Shown: positions 18,394-28,182, numbered from the stretch's first letter. The stretch is 64,000 nucleotides of DNA from an uncultured bacterium (GCA_963843795.1 CAWJLW010000006.1:992001-1056000), one strand, 5' to 3'. The notes: generated by a model not told the origin, from the sequence alone. Numbers and translations: made by a program.

Positions 18394-19992
18394 ATGAACT
18401 CTTCAAATTCCGATGTTTCTATACCCGTCGAAAGCGAAATTTCTGCGCTTTCTCTTCAAGAAAACCCGATTTCACCCAACGCGCTGTCGCGCTGGCGCGA
18501 TCCGATGTGGTGGTGTGGCGTTCTGGTAGTTTTGGCTGCCGCGATGCGCGCCTGTCGTCCGCTTAATGGCGGCGTCGATTTTTGGGCGCACGCTGCTATC
18601 GGGCGCTGGATTTGGCAGAACCAGCAACTGCCTCATGAAACCTTGTTCCTCTGGGGCAGCGCGCCTATCGAATGGATCGCGCATTCGTGGGGCACGCAAC
18701 TGTGGTTTTACGCGCTGATGGCATGGGGCGGCGATTACGGGCCGTCTTTGGCAATTGGCTTCACTATGCTGATGGCGTGCGCACCTTTCGCTTTGTTGTG
18801 GCGCGCGTGGGTCGCGCGTTCATCTCCCGATTTTCTAACGGTGTCGCTTTTTGCCCTCGCAATTATCGTCAGCACGGCGCGCTTCAAGCCGCGCCCGGAG
18901 TTATTCAGCGCCTTCTTTCTCACGTTGGTTCTGCTGCAAGCCAATCGCAGCTTTGTGCCACACGAGCAAAACATGCCCGCAAAAGCGCGCCAAATCTGGT
19001 GGCTGGTGCCGATTTTCGTTTTGTGGGCGAATTTTCATGGCGCGTTTGCGTTTGCGTTCGCGTTGCTGGGTTTGGCGATCATCGCCGACGGCGTTCAATT
19101 TCGCGCCGATAAACGCTGGCGCAATCTACTTTTGGTGACTGTCTGTTGTGTTTTTGCCACAATTGTGAATCCGTATGGAATTACCTTGTGGAAAGCCTTG
19201 GGTGCGGTGCGTTCTTCGACGTTCGCTTCAATTGAAGAATGGAAAGCTCCCTGGCTCAGTCCGCCGCTTTCGCCATGGCTTTTCGGCAGTGCGACGATGC
19301 TGGTTTCGTTCGCGGGGGCGGCTTGGTTAGGCGGCGCACAGCGGCGCTGGGCGCACATCGCGTGGCTGCTTTTTGCATACGTTTCGTTTTTGGGCGCGCG
19401 GCGTTATCTGTGGTTTGTCGCGATTGTGTGCTTGGTGGTTTGCATCGGCAGTACCGAAGCCTTCGAGCGCGTGTCGTTCTGGAGGCGTTGGTCGCCGCCG
19501 CTGTATAAGCATCCGATTTTGCGCTGGAACGGCGTTTTAGTTGCGTTCGTGATGCTGCTAGCCGTAACGCCGGAGGATATTTGGACACAGCACGCGCTCG
19601 ACCGCACTGTGCCCACGCGCCTGAGCGATAAGTTCATCGCCGATGGTTGGGCTGCCACAAAGCCGCGTTTGTTTAACGATTACGAGTATTCTTCGTACTG
19701 GCAGTGGCGTTTCGGCGGTAATCCTGCGCTGTACATCGATTTGCTAAACGCGTATCCCGACCAGTTGCTGGAAAATTATTTCGATATTCTCAAGCAAAAC
19801 GTTAATGGAAAACGTGAACTGGATCGCGCGGATATGATCGTGCTGCGTCCACCCTCGAAGACCGAGCGACTGGCCCAATTCCAAAAATATCTCGATACCA
19901 ATCCGCAAAAATGGCAGCGCTTATATCGTGGCGGAGATGGCAGCATCTGGCGGCGTCGTTCGTTCCATCCCGAACATCCCGCCGCGAAATAA
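18394..19992 (+). CDS. Polytopic membrane protein, putative GT-C glycosyltransferase
   Basis: About 11 hydrophobic segments. DFWAHAAIGRWI...WIAHSWG, RPELFS, LWANFHG, VNPYG, FNDYEYSSY. Confidence 0.7.
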   Translation: MNSSNSDVSIPVESEISALSLQENPISPNALSRWRDPMWWCGVLVVLAAAMRACRPLNGGVDFWAHAAIGRWIWQNQQLPHETLFLWGSAPIEWIAHSWGTQLWFYALMAWGGDYGPSLAIGFTMLMACAPFALLWRAWVARSSPDFLTVSLFALAIIVSTARFKPRPELFSAFFLTLVLLQANRSFVPHEQNMPAKARQIWWLVPIFVLWANFHGAFAFAFALLGLAIIADGVQFRADKRWRNLLLVTVCCVFATIVNPYGITLWKALGAVRSSTFASIEEWKAPWLSPPLSPWLFGSATMLVSFAGAAWLGGAQRRWAHIAWLLFAYVSFLGARRYLWFVAIVCLVVCIGSTEAFERVSFWRRWSPPLYKHPILRWNGVLVAFVMLLAVTPEDIWTQHALDRTVPTRLSDKFIADGWAATKPRLFNDYEYSSYWQWRFGGNPALYIDLLNAYPDQLLENYFDILKQNVNGKRELDRADMIVLRPPSKTERLAQFQKYLDTNPQKWQRLYRGGDGSIWRRRSFHPEHPAAK

Positions 19993-20028
19993 CGCGTTGC
20001 AAGTACTTGCAGGCGATGCCCTGAAAAT

Positions 20029-22518
20029 ATGCTCACAGCTTTTCCCCTCGCGCGCCGCGACGTGCGAAATATCTTGATTTTGTCTGTCCTGTCGCTCTTG
20101 TTTTATACGCCTGCGATTATCGCCGTCGTTCGGGGAGATTGGCCTTTCACCGATGATGCGCCGGGCCTTTTTGCGCCCTGGCACGCTTTCGCCGCGCAGA
20201 ATTTGCGCGCTGGCATCTGGCCGTTTTGGAACCCGCATCTCTTCGCCGGTTCGATTTTTATGGCCAACGGACAAAGCGGCGTGCTTTATGCGCCCAACTT
20301 GCTTTACCTGTTTTTGTCGCCGCGCAGCGGCTTGCTGTGGGACGCGCTGTTTCACCAATTCGTGCTGATTGGGGGGGCCTATTTTCTGGGTCGCGCGCTG
20401 AATTTGCGTCGCAGTTCGTGCGTTTTTCTGGGCCTGACAATGGGACTAGGCGCTTCGGTTTCGGCGCACGTCTACGCTGGTCACGATACCTGGCATGCGG
20501 CGCGAGCGTGGATGCCATGGCAATTGTGGGCGCTGCATAGCTTTGCACAAAATCAGAGACAAACCGATTCTGAAACTTCTCAACGGCCAGGTATGCGTTA
20601 TGCGTGGCTGCTGGGCGCATTTTTCGCGATTCAAGTCGCGGCTGGTTATCCACCGCTGGTCTTGCTGAGCGCTGCTTTGTGTGCGGCTTATGTGATCGCG
20701 CGTACCCTGATCCAGTGGCGAAAAATTGCGAACCGCAATGGCTTAATATGGCCACGAAGCTGGCCGCGCGCGCTGGCGATTGCAGGTTTAGTTGCGGCTG
20801 GTTTGTGCGCAATTATTTTGCTGCCGTTGCGAGAAGCGAGCAGTTTGTCGGTGCACGGTTCGGGCATCGAATGGAGCCAGGCGGTCATGTTGTCGGGCAG
20901 TTGGAAATCGTTTGTGCGCCTGCTGATGCCCGACCTTTTCGGTGGCAATAACCTGCTCGAATGGAGCATCGTTTACGGTGCGCACGAAGAAGCTGCCGCT
21001 ATCGGAATCTTACCCTTTTTTCTGGCTATGGGTGCGCCGTGGTGGACGCGGCGTTATCCGAATTATCAGCGCGCAAGCTGGTGGCTGTTGGCTTTGATGG
21101 TGGGAGCGTGCGCGATGGCGCTGGGCGAAAACACGCCGTTATATCGCTTGGCTTATGAAAATCTGGGCTTGATACGGCAGTTGCGTGTGCCGGTTCGCTG
21201 GGTCGAAGTGTGGTATCTGGCCGCTTCCGTCGCTGCCGCGCTGTCTTTCGATGCTTGGTACCGCACCGCAAGTACTTGCAGAGACTTCCGACGCGATCAT
21301 CGGGTGTTAGCGGGTTTGCTCGTGCTGTTAATGATAGCGGTCGTGGGCGCTGCATGGTGGTTATGGCAACGACCTGTTGATGGTAACTTTTGGCGCATTT
21401 ACGTGCAGCCTTTCGCCTTGTATCGCACGGATGCGGACCGCGCTTCTTACGCGCAGCTTTTGCGCGATACGGCTTTGCAGCAGTGCGCATGGACTCTGGT
21501 TTTGTGCGTTCTGGGATTGGTGTTTTGTCTGCGCGGCGTGCGCGGACAATGGACGCGACAATCCTGGCGACTGGCGATTTTGATATGGGTGACGATGGAT
21601 CTGGGTTTGGTCTTTATCGTAGGCGAACGAACCTGGCAGCCTGGCGCTGGTTCGCAGTGGCCCGCTTCGATGATTGCTCGCTATCGTCCCGGACAGCGCT
21701 GGGATACCAACGCCGATTGGCGCACCGTCAACAACGCGGTGAGGCGTAATATCGACCTGCTTAACGGCTACGATGCGCTCAACTCCAAAAACTTCTGGCA
21801 GTTCGTGCGCGCCGTTGAAGGGCGCAACGATATTTGGACGGATATGTATCAGCCCAGCCATCGCGGCCCGGTTCTGCGAGTCGCTGGCGTCACTCACACG
21901 CTCATCTATACACCCGCCTTGCGCAATTGGAAACCCACAGCAACGATGCGCTTGGTCGCTTCAGATAATGGCTGGCAGTTATGGCAGCACGACAGCGTAT
22001 GGCCGCGCTTTTATCTCACGCGTCGCATCCTGCGCGCCACACCCGAACGTATTCAGAAAGAGCTGCAAGTACTTGCAGCCAGCGCGAACCCGAAAAACGA
22101 CGATTATCCGGTGTTACTGGAAAATTCGGTGAAGTTGCCCTTTTTATCAGAAAATCAAAACGCTGCGCCCGGTCGCGTGCTGAAATGGCAGCGTTCGACC
22201 AACACGATCACGTTGAATGTGCAAAGTCGCGCGCCCGCCGTTCTCTCCATCGCCGATGCTTATGCGCCCGGTTGGCGCGTCTGGGTCAATGGCCGCGAAA
22301 CCGCGCTTTTGAAAGCCAACGCGATGTTCAAAGCCGTTGTTGTTCCTGCGGGAAACTCGCGCGTGCACCTGGTTTACGCACCACAAACTTTCCGATTGGG
22401 CGCATTTTTATCGCTGTGCGCGCTGGCGGCGTGCAGCGGCGCGCTAGTGGTTTATTTCTTAAGTCGTAGAGCTACAAAGGACACGGAGAAAATTTTCACA
22501 TCTCCGCGTCCATTGTGA
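20029..22518 (+). CDS. YfhO-family membrane protein (GT-C-like)
   Basis: WPFWNPHLFAG, LRVPVRW, NGYDAL, C-terminal DAYAPGWRVWVNG...VPAGNSRVHLVYAP. Confidence 0.85.
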   Translation: MLTAFPLARRDVRNILILSVLSLLFYTPAIIAVVRGDWPFTDDAPGLFAPWHAFAAQNLRAGIWPFWNPHLFAGSIFMANGQSGVLYAPNLLYLFLSPRSGLLWDALFHQFVLIGGAYFLGRALNLRRSSCVFLGLTMGLGASVSAHVYAGHDTWHAARAWMPWQLWALHSFAQNQRQTDSETSQRPGMRYAWLLGAFFAIQVAAGYPPLVLLSAALCAAYVIARTLIQWRKIANRNGLIWPRSWPRALAIAGLVAAGLCAIILLPLREASSLSVHGSGIEWSQAVMLSGSWKSFVRLLMPDLFGGNNLLEWSIVYGAHEEAAAIGILPFFLAMGAPWWTRRYPNYQRASWWLLALMVGACAMALGENTPLYRLAYENLGLIRQLRVPVRWVEVWYLAASVAAALSFDAWYRTASTCRDFRRDHRVLAGLLVLLMIAVVGAAWWLWQRPVDGNFWRIYVQPFALYRTDADRASYAQLLRDTALQQCAWTLVLCVLGLVFCLRGVRGQWTRQSWRLAILIWVTMDLGLVFIVGERTWQPGAGSQWPASMIARYRPGQRWDTNADWRTVNNAVRRNIDLLNGYDALNSKNFWQFVRAVEGRNDIWTDMYQPSHRGPVLRVAGVTHTLIYTPALRNWKPTATMRLVASDNGWQLWQHDSVWPRFYLTRRILRATPERIQKELQVLAASANPKNDDYPVLLENSVKLPFLSENQNAAPGRVLKWQRSTNTITLNVQSRAPAVLSIADAYAPGWRVWVNGRETALLKANAMFKAVVVPAGNSRVHLVYAPQTFRLGAFLSLCALAACSGALVVYFLSRRATKDTEKIFTSPRPL

Positions 22519-22529
22519 ACTCGATGGTT

Positions 22530-23384
22530 TTAAGAAAATTCAATTTGCGACACAAAACTTAAGCGTCCGCGCACGGGTAGCGAAAGCTGAAACAGGTTGC
22601 CCGCGTCGTCGCCACCGTCAGGGCCACCGGCGCTGGTGATAAACAACTGGTTCAAATCGGTGGTGCCAAAGGCGCATGAAGTCGCGTTGCGCGTTGGAAT
22701 TTCCACCGTTTCAACAATGACGCCTTCGGGATTGATGCGCCGCACCGCGCCGCCGCCCCAGAACGCGACCCACAAATCGCCAGCGCTATCGACTGTTAAA
22801 CCATCGGGCGCGCCTGTGCCGGGTTCGGCCCGAAAAAAGGTTTCGCGCTCGCCCACCGCGCCGGTTTCGGCATCGTAGGAGAAACGAAAAATCGTGCCGT
22901 GAGAAGTATCGGCCCAGTAAAATTGGCTCAAATCGGGCGAGAAACCCTGGCCATTGGCGCACTCTGTTCCGCTCCACAATTGTTCAATTCCGCCATTTTT
23001 ACGCACTCGGTATAAACCGCCGTTATCTCCGCCACGTCCCATCGTGCCCGCGAAAACTTCACCGTTGGGCGTGGCGATGACATCGTTGAAACGACCGCCT
23101 GCGGGCGCAACGCCTTCGGCAAGTACTTGCAGCGTGCCATCAAGATCGAGCCGCGCGATATTGTGTTCGCGGAACAACAAAAGCGCGCCATCGCTTTGCA
23201 GTGTGAAGCCGCCCACGGTTTCATCATCGTAAAATTGTCGCCACTGACCGCTACTCAAATCGAGTTCAAACAAACGACCGTTGGGAATGTCCGTCCACAG
23301 CACACGGTTGCGCTGGGCGTCGTATAAGGGGTTTTCGCCACAACCGCAGTGTGTGTCGGCGGCTGTTATGAGAGGGTAATTCAT
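22530..23384 (-). CDS. SMP-30/gluconolactonase/LRE family protein
   Basis: CGENP, WTDIP, RFND, ANGQGFSPD, PDGLTVDSAGDLWVA, TSCAFG. Confidence 0.92.
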   Translation of the reverse strand: MNYPLITAADTHCGCGENPLYDAQRNRVLWTDIPNGRLFELDLSSGQWRQFYDDETVGGFTLQSDGALLLFREHNIARLDLDGTLQVLAEGVAPAGGRFNDVIATPNGEVFAGTMGRGGDNGGLYRVRKNGGIEQLWSGTECANGQGFSPDLSQFYWADTSHGTIFRFSYDAETGAVGERETFFRAEPGTGAPDGLTVDSAGDLWVAFWGGGAVRRINPEGVIVETVEIPTRNATSCAFGTTDLNQLFITSAGGPDGGDDAGNLFQLSLPVRGRLSFVSQIEFS

Positions 23385-23486
23385 AAAATCTCCATAATTT
23401 GAATAAAATTAAAATGTGCGAGTGGCGAGTATTGTATAAAATTCAGCGGGCATCCGCGAAAATTTAGAGAATTGGGGAGATTGACG

Positions 23487-24341
23487 ATGATTGCGACATT
23501 AAACGCTGTGACGGCGGGCAGCGGTTTGAAATTGGAAGATTTTGTGTCTTTGGCCGCGCGCTACGGTTTTCGAGGCGTCGAGTTCGGTATCGGTGAAGTC
23601 CACGAAATGGGTGTGGAAAAGGCGCACGAATTATTCGAATCGCACAATGTTCTACCGGTCGCGTTCGGATTGCCGACCGAATGGCGCAAAGATGATGCAC
23701 AATTTGAAAGCGAACTGGAAAAGTTGCCCGCGTTAGCACAAACGGCGCGCGGCGTGGGCGCGCTGCGCTGCACGACTTATGTGCTGCCCGATGGCGGCAC
23801 TTCACGCGAAGAATACTCGGCGCGTTCCAAAAAACGTCTGGGCCGCTGTGCGCAGATTCTAAACGAGCAGGGCATTATGCTGGGACTGGAATTTCTCGGC
23901 CCGCAACATTTCCGTACCAATCCTGAAAATGTTTGGTTTTACGACATCGCGGGCGCCTTGCAAGCCGCCGACGAAATCAATCAGGAGGCCAAAGTCGAAA
24001 ACGTCGGTCTGCTTATCGACGCGTGGCATTGGTACACGGGCGGCGGCAGCGTCATGGATTTGGCTGCCGTGCCACTCTCGCAAATCGTGCACGTTCATGT
24101 CAACGACGCACCGCCTATCGAAGTCGAAGATCAAGTCGATAATATCCGTTTGCTGCCTGGCCAAAGTGGCGTCATCGAAATGCGTGGTTTTCTGCACACG
24201 CTGGACGCACTAGGCTATAAAGGTCCGGTCGCTGTGGAAACTTTCAGCGAAGATTTAAAGAAAGTCACCGCAGACGAAGCGGGTGCGCTGGCTGCTGCGG
24301 CGATGCGGAAAATCTTCGCCGATGCCGATTTGGAATTTTAA
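23487..24341 (+). CDS. Sugar phosphate isomerase/epimerase (TIM barrel)
   Basis: GLEFLGP, LLIDAWHW, VHVHVND, RLLPG, GYKGPVAVE. Confidence 0.88.
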   Translation: MIATLNAVTAGSGLKLEDFVSLAARYGFRGVEFGIGEVHEMGVEKAHELFESHNVLPVAFGLPTEWRKDDAQFESELEKLPALAQTARGVGALRCTTYVLPDGGTSREEYSARSKKRLGRCAQILNEQGIMLGLEFLGPQHFRTNPENVWFYDIAGALQAADEINQEAKVENVGLLIDAWHWYTGGGSVMDLAAVPLSQIVHVHVNDAPPIEVEDQVDNIRLLPGQSGVIEMRGFLHTLDALGYKGPVAVETFSEDLKKVTADEAGALAAAAMRKIFADADLEF

Positions 24342-24360
24342 GTTCGCACCGCTGTGAAAT

Positions 24361-24398
24361 CGAAAAGCGCGCTGCAAGTACTTGCAGTGCGCTTTTCG
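24361..24398. terminator. Near-perfect palindrome centred on GCAAGTACTTGC between convergent genes (bidirectional terminator-like)
   Basis: CGAAAAGCGCGCTGCAAGT|ACTTGCAGTGCGCTTTTCG with one mismatch (G-T). Confidence 0.75.
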
Positions 24399-24412
24399 TT
24401 GAAAGCAAAAAT

Positions 24413-25048
24413 TTAACGTTCCAAACCTTTACCATAGCCAACCAGAAACTCGCGCCATTCGGGGCGACGCACAGCGGAAACAAAGCGCGGGAACGAAATA
24501 TAGGGTGTGTATTGCGGTTTGCGCGGCGGATGGGGCAGGCGCAGACCGGCTTCGCTGGGCGTTCGCGCGCCCTTTTTGTTGTTACAACGCAAACAACAGC
24601 AAACGACGTTTTCCCACGTCGTTTCCCCACCGCGATGGCGCGGAAAAACGTGGTCAATCGTGAGATTCGATTTCGAGCCGCAGTATTGGCATTCAAAGCT
24701 GTCGCGCGCCATCACCGATTTTCGCGAGATTTTCAGTTTTGGTAACGGACGCTTCACCTGTTCGCGCAAGCGCAACACGGAGGGAATTGGAAATTCGTCT
24801 TCGCCCGAGCACATCGTGCGATCAGAAAACTTGATGACTTCGGCGCGGTTCAACACCATTAACACCAAACCGCGGCGCACCGCGCAAATGTTTAGCGGCT
24901 CGAAGTTCAGGTTCAAAACCAGCACGCCATGTTCTTCGGCGTGTTGGTGGGCTTCCAACTCGGATTGGATTTCGGGGTGATGGGATAGCGCTTCGTCCTT
25001 GCGACGCGCTACGCGGCGAGAATTGCGATTGCGGGAATGAGTGCTCAT
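24413..25048 (-). CDS. HNH endonuclease (widespread McrA/HNH_5-like type)
   Basis: VLVLNLNFEPL, PSVLRL, RDSFECQYCG...TIDHVFPRHRGG...WENVVCCCLRCNNKKG. Confidence 0.92.
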   Translation of the reverse strand: MSTHSRNRNSRRVARRKDEALSHHPEIQSELEAHQHAEEHGVLVLNLNFEPLNICAVRRGLVLMVLNRAEVIKFSDRTMCSGEDEFPIPSVLRLREQVKRPLPKLKISRKSVMARDSFECQYCGSKSNLTIDHVFPRHRGGETTWENVVCCCLRCNNKKGARTPSEAGLRLPHPPRKPQYTPYISFPRFVSAVRRPEWREFLVGYGKGLER

Positions 25049-25242
25049 AAATTACTTTGACCTTCGTTCGTTCTTCGAAAGACCTCGATCAAAACCATCC
25101 ACAAAAACCAATTTTTTCGCTTCACTGTGCCTCGCACCGCACATGAAATCATTTTTTACGCCGCAAGTAGTTGTGGCAAGTACTTGCGGGGTTCTTCTTG
25201 GTCAGCTGATGATTCTGCTTGGTGGCTTTTTCTTTTTCAAAT

Positions 25243-26100
25243 TCAAACTCCAAACATATGGCGTCGCCCCGCGTTAGCGCGGGCGGCACCGTTATAGGCA
25301 TCGACGACCGCCAGAATGACGACGAATAACCATGCCAGCATAAAAAACCAAAATCCGAACTTGGCGATTCCGCCCATTTGAGCTATCGCCTGACGCGCTG
25401 TTGCGCCCGAAAGATTGGCCGTCACGCGATTTAAAATCACGTTCCACATCACGAAACTTCCCAGCGCCGCGCCGAAAAAGACGTAGCCGCGCTCGTTGTC
25501 ATCGTTGTAAATTTGCCCCGCGCCGGGCACCAAAAGCGACAGCACACCCGCTACACCAGCTTTGCGATCCTGCCATTGATCGCGGTCGCCGTGCTGCATT
25601 AAATTCATCGAAAAATCGCGGTCGCGCTTCATTTCCTCGATGTCCAGAAGTGCCAGCGCGCTTTTTTCCTCAAACGCGTGGTGACTGGGATGAAATTGCA
25701 AGCCGCGCTCGAATACCTGAATCGCTTTTTCCTGCTGCGCTTCGGCCAAGAAAATGTCGCCCAGCAATTCCAAACCTTCAGCACTTTTAGCATCGATGGC
25801 GAAAATTTCCTTCAATTTCGCTCTCGTGCCGTTGTGATCGCCGTTCAAAGCCAAACGCCGCGCGGCTTTGAGCAAAGGTTCGATCTGTTCGCGTGTTTGG
25901 CGCTCGGCTGCGCTCAAAGGCTGCACGACGACTTTTCCTCTGGCATCGCGCACGCGCGGCTTTTGCCACTGCGGATCGAGCGGATCAAACGCCGCTGCTG
26001 ATGCATTAATTGGCGCGTTGGCTGGCGAATTCGTCGGCACTTTGGCTTTGGCGACGGGCGCGGTTGGTTTTTCGGATTGAATTTCGAGAGGCGCGCTCAT
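25243..26100 (-). CDS. TPR-containing membrane protein
   Basis: TPR-like AEGLELLGDIFLAEAQQEKAIQVFERGL, then AGVLSLLVPGAGQIY and two further TM helices. Start at ATG 26100. Confidence 0.75.
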   Translation of the reverse strand: MSAPLEIQSEKPTAPVAKAKVPTNSPANAPINASAAAFDPLDPQWQKPRVRDARGKVVVQPLSAAERQTREQIEPLLKAARRLALNGDHNGTRAKLKEIFAIDAKSAEGLELLGDIFLAEAQQEKAIQVFERGLQFHPSHHAFEEKSALALLDIEEMKRDRDFSMNLMQHGDRDQWQDRKAGVAGVLSLLVPGAGQIYNDDNERGYVFFGAALGSFVMWNVILNRVTANLSGATARQAIAQMGGIAKFGFWFFMLAWLFVVILAVVDAYNGAARANAGRRHMFGV

Positions 26101-26220
26101 AGTTCGTGGATTGTCGAAAAATCGGCTGTGCAAGTCAAAAATGCGTGGTAGCAAAAACAAAAAAACCGGCAGGGAACTTTGGCCACCGCGCTGCAAGTAG
26201 ACAAATACTTGCGGGCGGAT

Positions 26221-26544
26221 TCAAAGCGTTTCCGTGCCGGGTCGAAGTTCAAGCGTATCACTCGCTTGAAACGCAGGGTAATGCCTGCTCGCAGGAATCA
26301 TCCTGCTCCTTCGCCTTCTCCGGCTCGACCAGCGCCACAAAGCTTTGTCGCGTCCCGCATCCCTATGCTGGCTTTCGACGTACTTTCTTTCACTGCTGTC
26401 ATTGAACAGTTTGTCGCACAAATCTTCCTGGCTCTGCCCCTCATTGCCTTGCACCAAAAGGCGCAATAACTTGGCGACCAACGCGCCCACCGGCAGCGCA
26501 AAAGCGTGCGGAGAGGAAGCGAGATTCAGGGACATTGGTTTCAT
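26221..26544 (-). CDS. Possible small hypothetical protein (107 aa)
   Basis: ATG-started ORF, co-oriented with its neighbours, in an otherwise unexplained gap of about 860 bp. No recognisable motif. Confidence 0.35.
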   Translation of the reverse strand: MKPMSLNLASSPHAFALPVGALVAKLLRLLVQGNEGQSQEDLCDKLFNDSSERKYVESQHRDAGRDKALWRWSSRRRRRSRMIPASRHYPAFQASDTLELRPGTETL

Positions 26545-26890
26545 GAAATTACAGCGAAACGCAAAAGTTCAAATCGCGAAATTTCGAGTCGCGAAAGACT
26601 TGTGGAAAGCAAAATTGAATCGTGGCTCATCGCGTCCACGAAAGAAAATCACGAGTTCGTCAAAATTCAACAGTGACTGATTCACTATGACAGCAGGTGA
26701 AATGCAATGCATTTATTGAAACAATCAAACTGTGTAAGTCACTTGAAAGTTCCCTGTAAATTCATTGCGCCGCGCAGAAAATTCTTCTTTTACGCGAATA
26801 AGACGCTATCGGATTTCTGTGCGCGTCCAACGCCATTTTACACAAATTTTAAAAAGTTGCAAACCACCAAAGCCGGACTCTCGCAACAAA

Positions 26891-26933
26891 AAGCGCCCCG
26901 CAAGTACTCGTGCAAGTAACTTGCGGGGCGCTT
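26891..26933. terminator. Hairpin with two degenerate tandem palindrome units, downstream of rsfS
   Basis: AAGCGCCCC-GCAAGTACTCGT-GCAAGTAACTTGC-GGGGCGCTT with T-rich tails on both strands. Confidence 0.65.
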
Positions 26934-26966
26934 CTGTTTTCTCTTTTGGCTTCGCTTGCAGCGGAT

Positions 26967-27464
26967 TTAATTGTCTTCGTGACTCTGACTTTCTTCGCTG
27001 GGCCAGCGCGAAATGGCAGCTTCGCCCCACAAGCGTTCTAAATCGTAAAATTCGCGCGTGCCTTCGTCGAAAACGTGGACGATGACATCGTTGTAATCCA
27101 AAAGCATCCAGAAACTTTCCGCTTTGCCTTCGGATTTGGCGCGCCGACGCAAGGTTTCGCGCAAATGGTCTTGAATGCCTTCGACAATGGCGTTGATGTG
27201 CGTTGTGCTGGTGCCCGCACAAATCACGAAAAAGTCGGAGACAATGGTTTGGCCGCGCACGTCCAGAACTACGATATCGTGCGCCTTTTGCTGTTCGGCA
27301 GCTTCGCAGACCAGTTGCAGCACAGTTTCCGGATCATCGTTGGACAGTTCTTCAGTGTCGGTGCCGGTTTCATCTTCCATAGCCTCATCGTTAACGAGTT
27401 CATCGTTAATGAGTTCATCGTTTTCGATGGAGGCCGACTGGGTTGAGGTGTTGTTCAAATTCAC
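26967..27464 (-). CDS. rsfS: Ribosome silencing factor RsfS (Iojap) with acidic N-terminal extension; start uncertain
   Basis: KAHDIVVLDV, DFFVICAG, WMLLDYNDVIVHVF, REFYDLERLW. Lies directly downstream of nadD. Confidence 0.92.
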   Translation of the reverse strand: MNLNNTSTQSASIENDELINDELVNDEAMEDETGTDTEELSNDDPETVLQLVCEAAEQQKAHDIVVLDVRGQTIVSDFFVICAGTSTTHINAIVEGIQDHLRETLRRRAKSEGKAESFWMLLDYNDVIVHVFDEGTREFYDLERLWGEAAISRWPSEESQSHEDN

Positions 27465-27549
27465 AATGGGGAAATGCCGTTTGCGGCGCGTCCTCTGTCG
27501 CACCTTTTAATTTTCTAATCTTAAACTTCTAAACGACTAATTTTAATTT

Positions 27550-28146
27550 TCAATTTCGATACAAATTTTGCCGTTCGATTTCCTGTCGCACCGGTTCGGG
27601 CAACAGATAACGAATTGGCAAATTGCGTTGCACACGTTCGCGCAGTTGGCGACTGGCGATGTCGATGCCGGGCACTTGGAGCCACGTCACGCGAGCTTGC
27701 TGTTGGGAGCTGAGCTGATTTTTCGCAGTTTGTAAATCGAAGCCGGGACGGTTGAAAGCGATAAAACGGCAAGTCGCCATCAATTCATCGGCCCGGTGCC
27801 AGGTCGGAAGGTCGCCGATGGCATCGGCTCCCAGAATCCAATAGATTTCGCTATCGGAATATTCAAGTTTCAATTGCGCCAAAGTTTCAATTGCATAGGA
27901 TGGCCCCGCTCGGTCAAGCTCTACACGAGAAAGCTGAAAATCGCGATGGTCGGCAATCGCCAGTTCAACCAACTTCGCGCGCGTTTCCGCTTCGGCATTA
28001 GCAATTTTGCCTTCGCGATGCGCCGGTTGGCGGTTGGGCAACCACAAAACCCGATTCAACTGCACCTGCACACGCGCGGCTTCGGCGATGAACAGGTGCC
28101 CGTTGTGAATCGGATCAAATGTCCCGCCCATCACTCCCAAACGCAC
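27550..28146 (-). CDS. nadD: Nicotinate-nucleotide adenylyltransferase
   Basis: GVMGGTFDPIHNGH, ILGAD, IASRQLRERV. GTG start at 28146. Confidence 0.95.
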   Translation of the reverse strand: MRLGVMGGTFDPIHNGHLFIAEAARVQVQLNRVLWLPNRQPAHREGKIANAEAETRAKLVELAIADHRDFQLSRVELDRAGPSYAIETLAQLKLEYSDSEIYWILGADAIGDLPTWHRADELMATCRFIAFNRPGFDLQTAKNQLSSQQQARVTWLQVPGIDIASRQLRERVQRNLPIRYLLPEPVRQEIERQNLYRN

Positions 28147-28152
28147 ACCTGC

Positions 28153-28182
28153 ATTATAACGAATAATGCAGGCACAAGTCAA
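28153..28182 (-). promoter_or_regulatory. Sigma70-type promoter for nadD-rsfS (likely leaderless)
   Basis: TTGACT (28182-28177), 18-bp spacer, TATAAT (28158-28153), 6 nt before the GTG. Confidence 0.65.

Noticed and set aside
24413..25048. HNH nuclease as the enzyme or mobile element behind the palindrome
   Set aside because: It is flanked by motif hairpins, but so are most genes here. It looks like the widespread standalone HNH type, and nothing in the sequence links it to the motif.
26221..26700. tmRNA, RNase P, SRP or 6S RNA in the gap
   Set aside because: I could not find their hallmark sequences (such as a tRNA-like GGGG...TCCACCA end or GAGGAAAGTCC). An Rfam scan is needed to exclude other RNAs.
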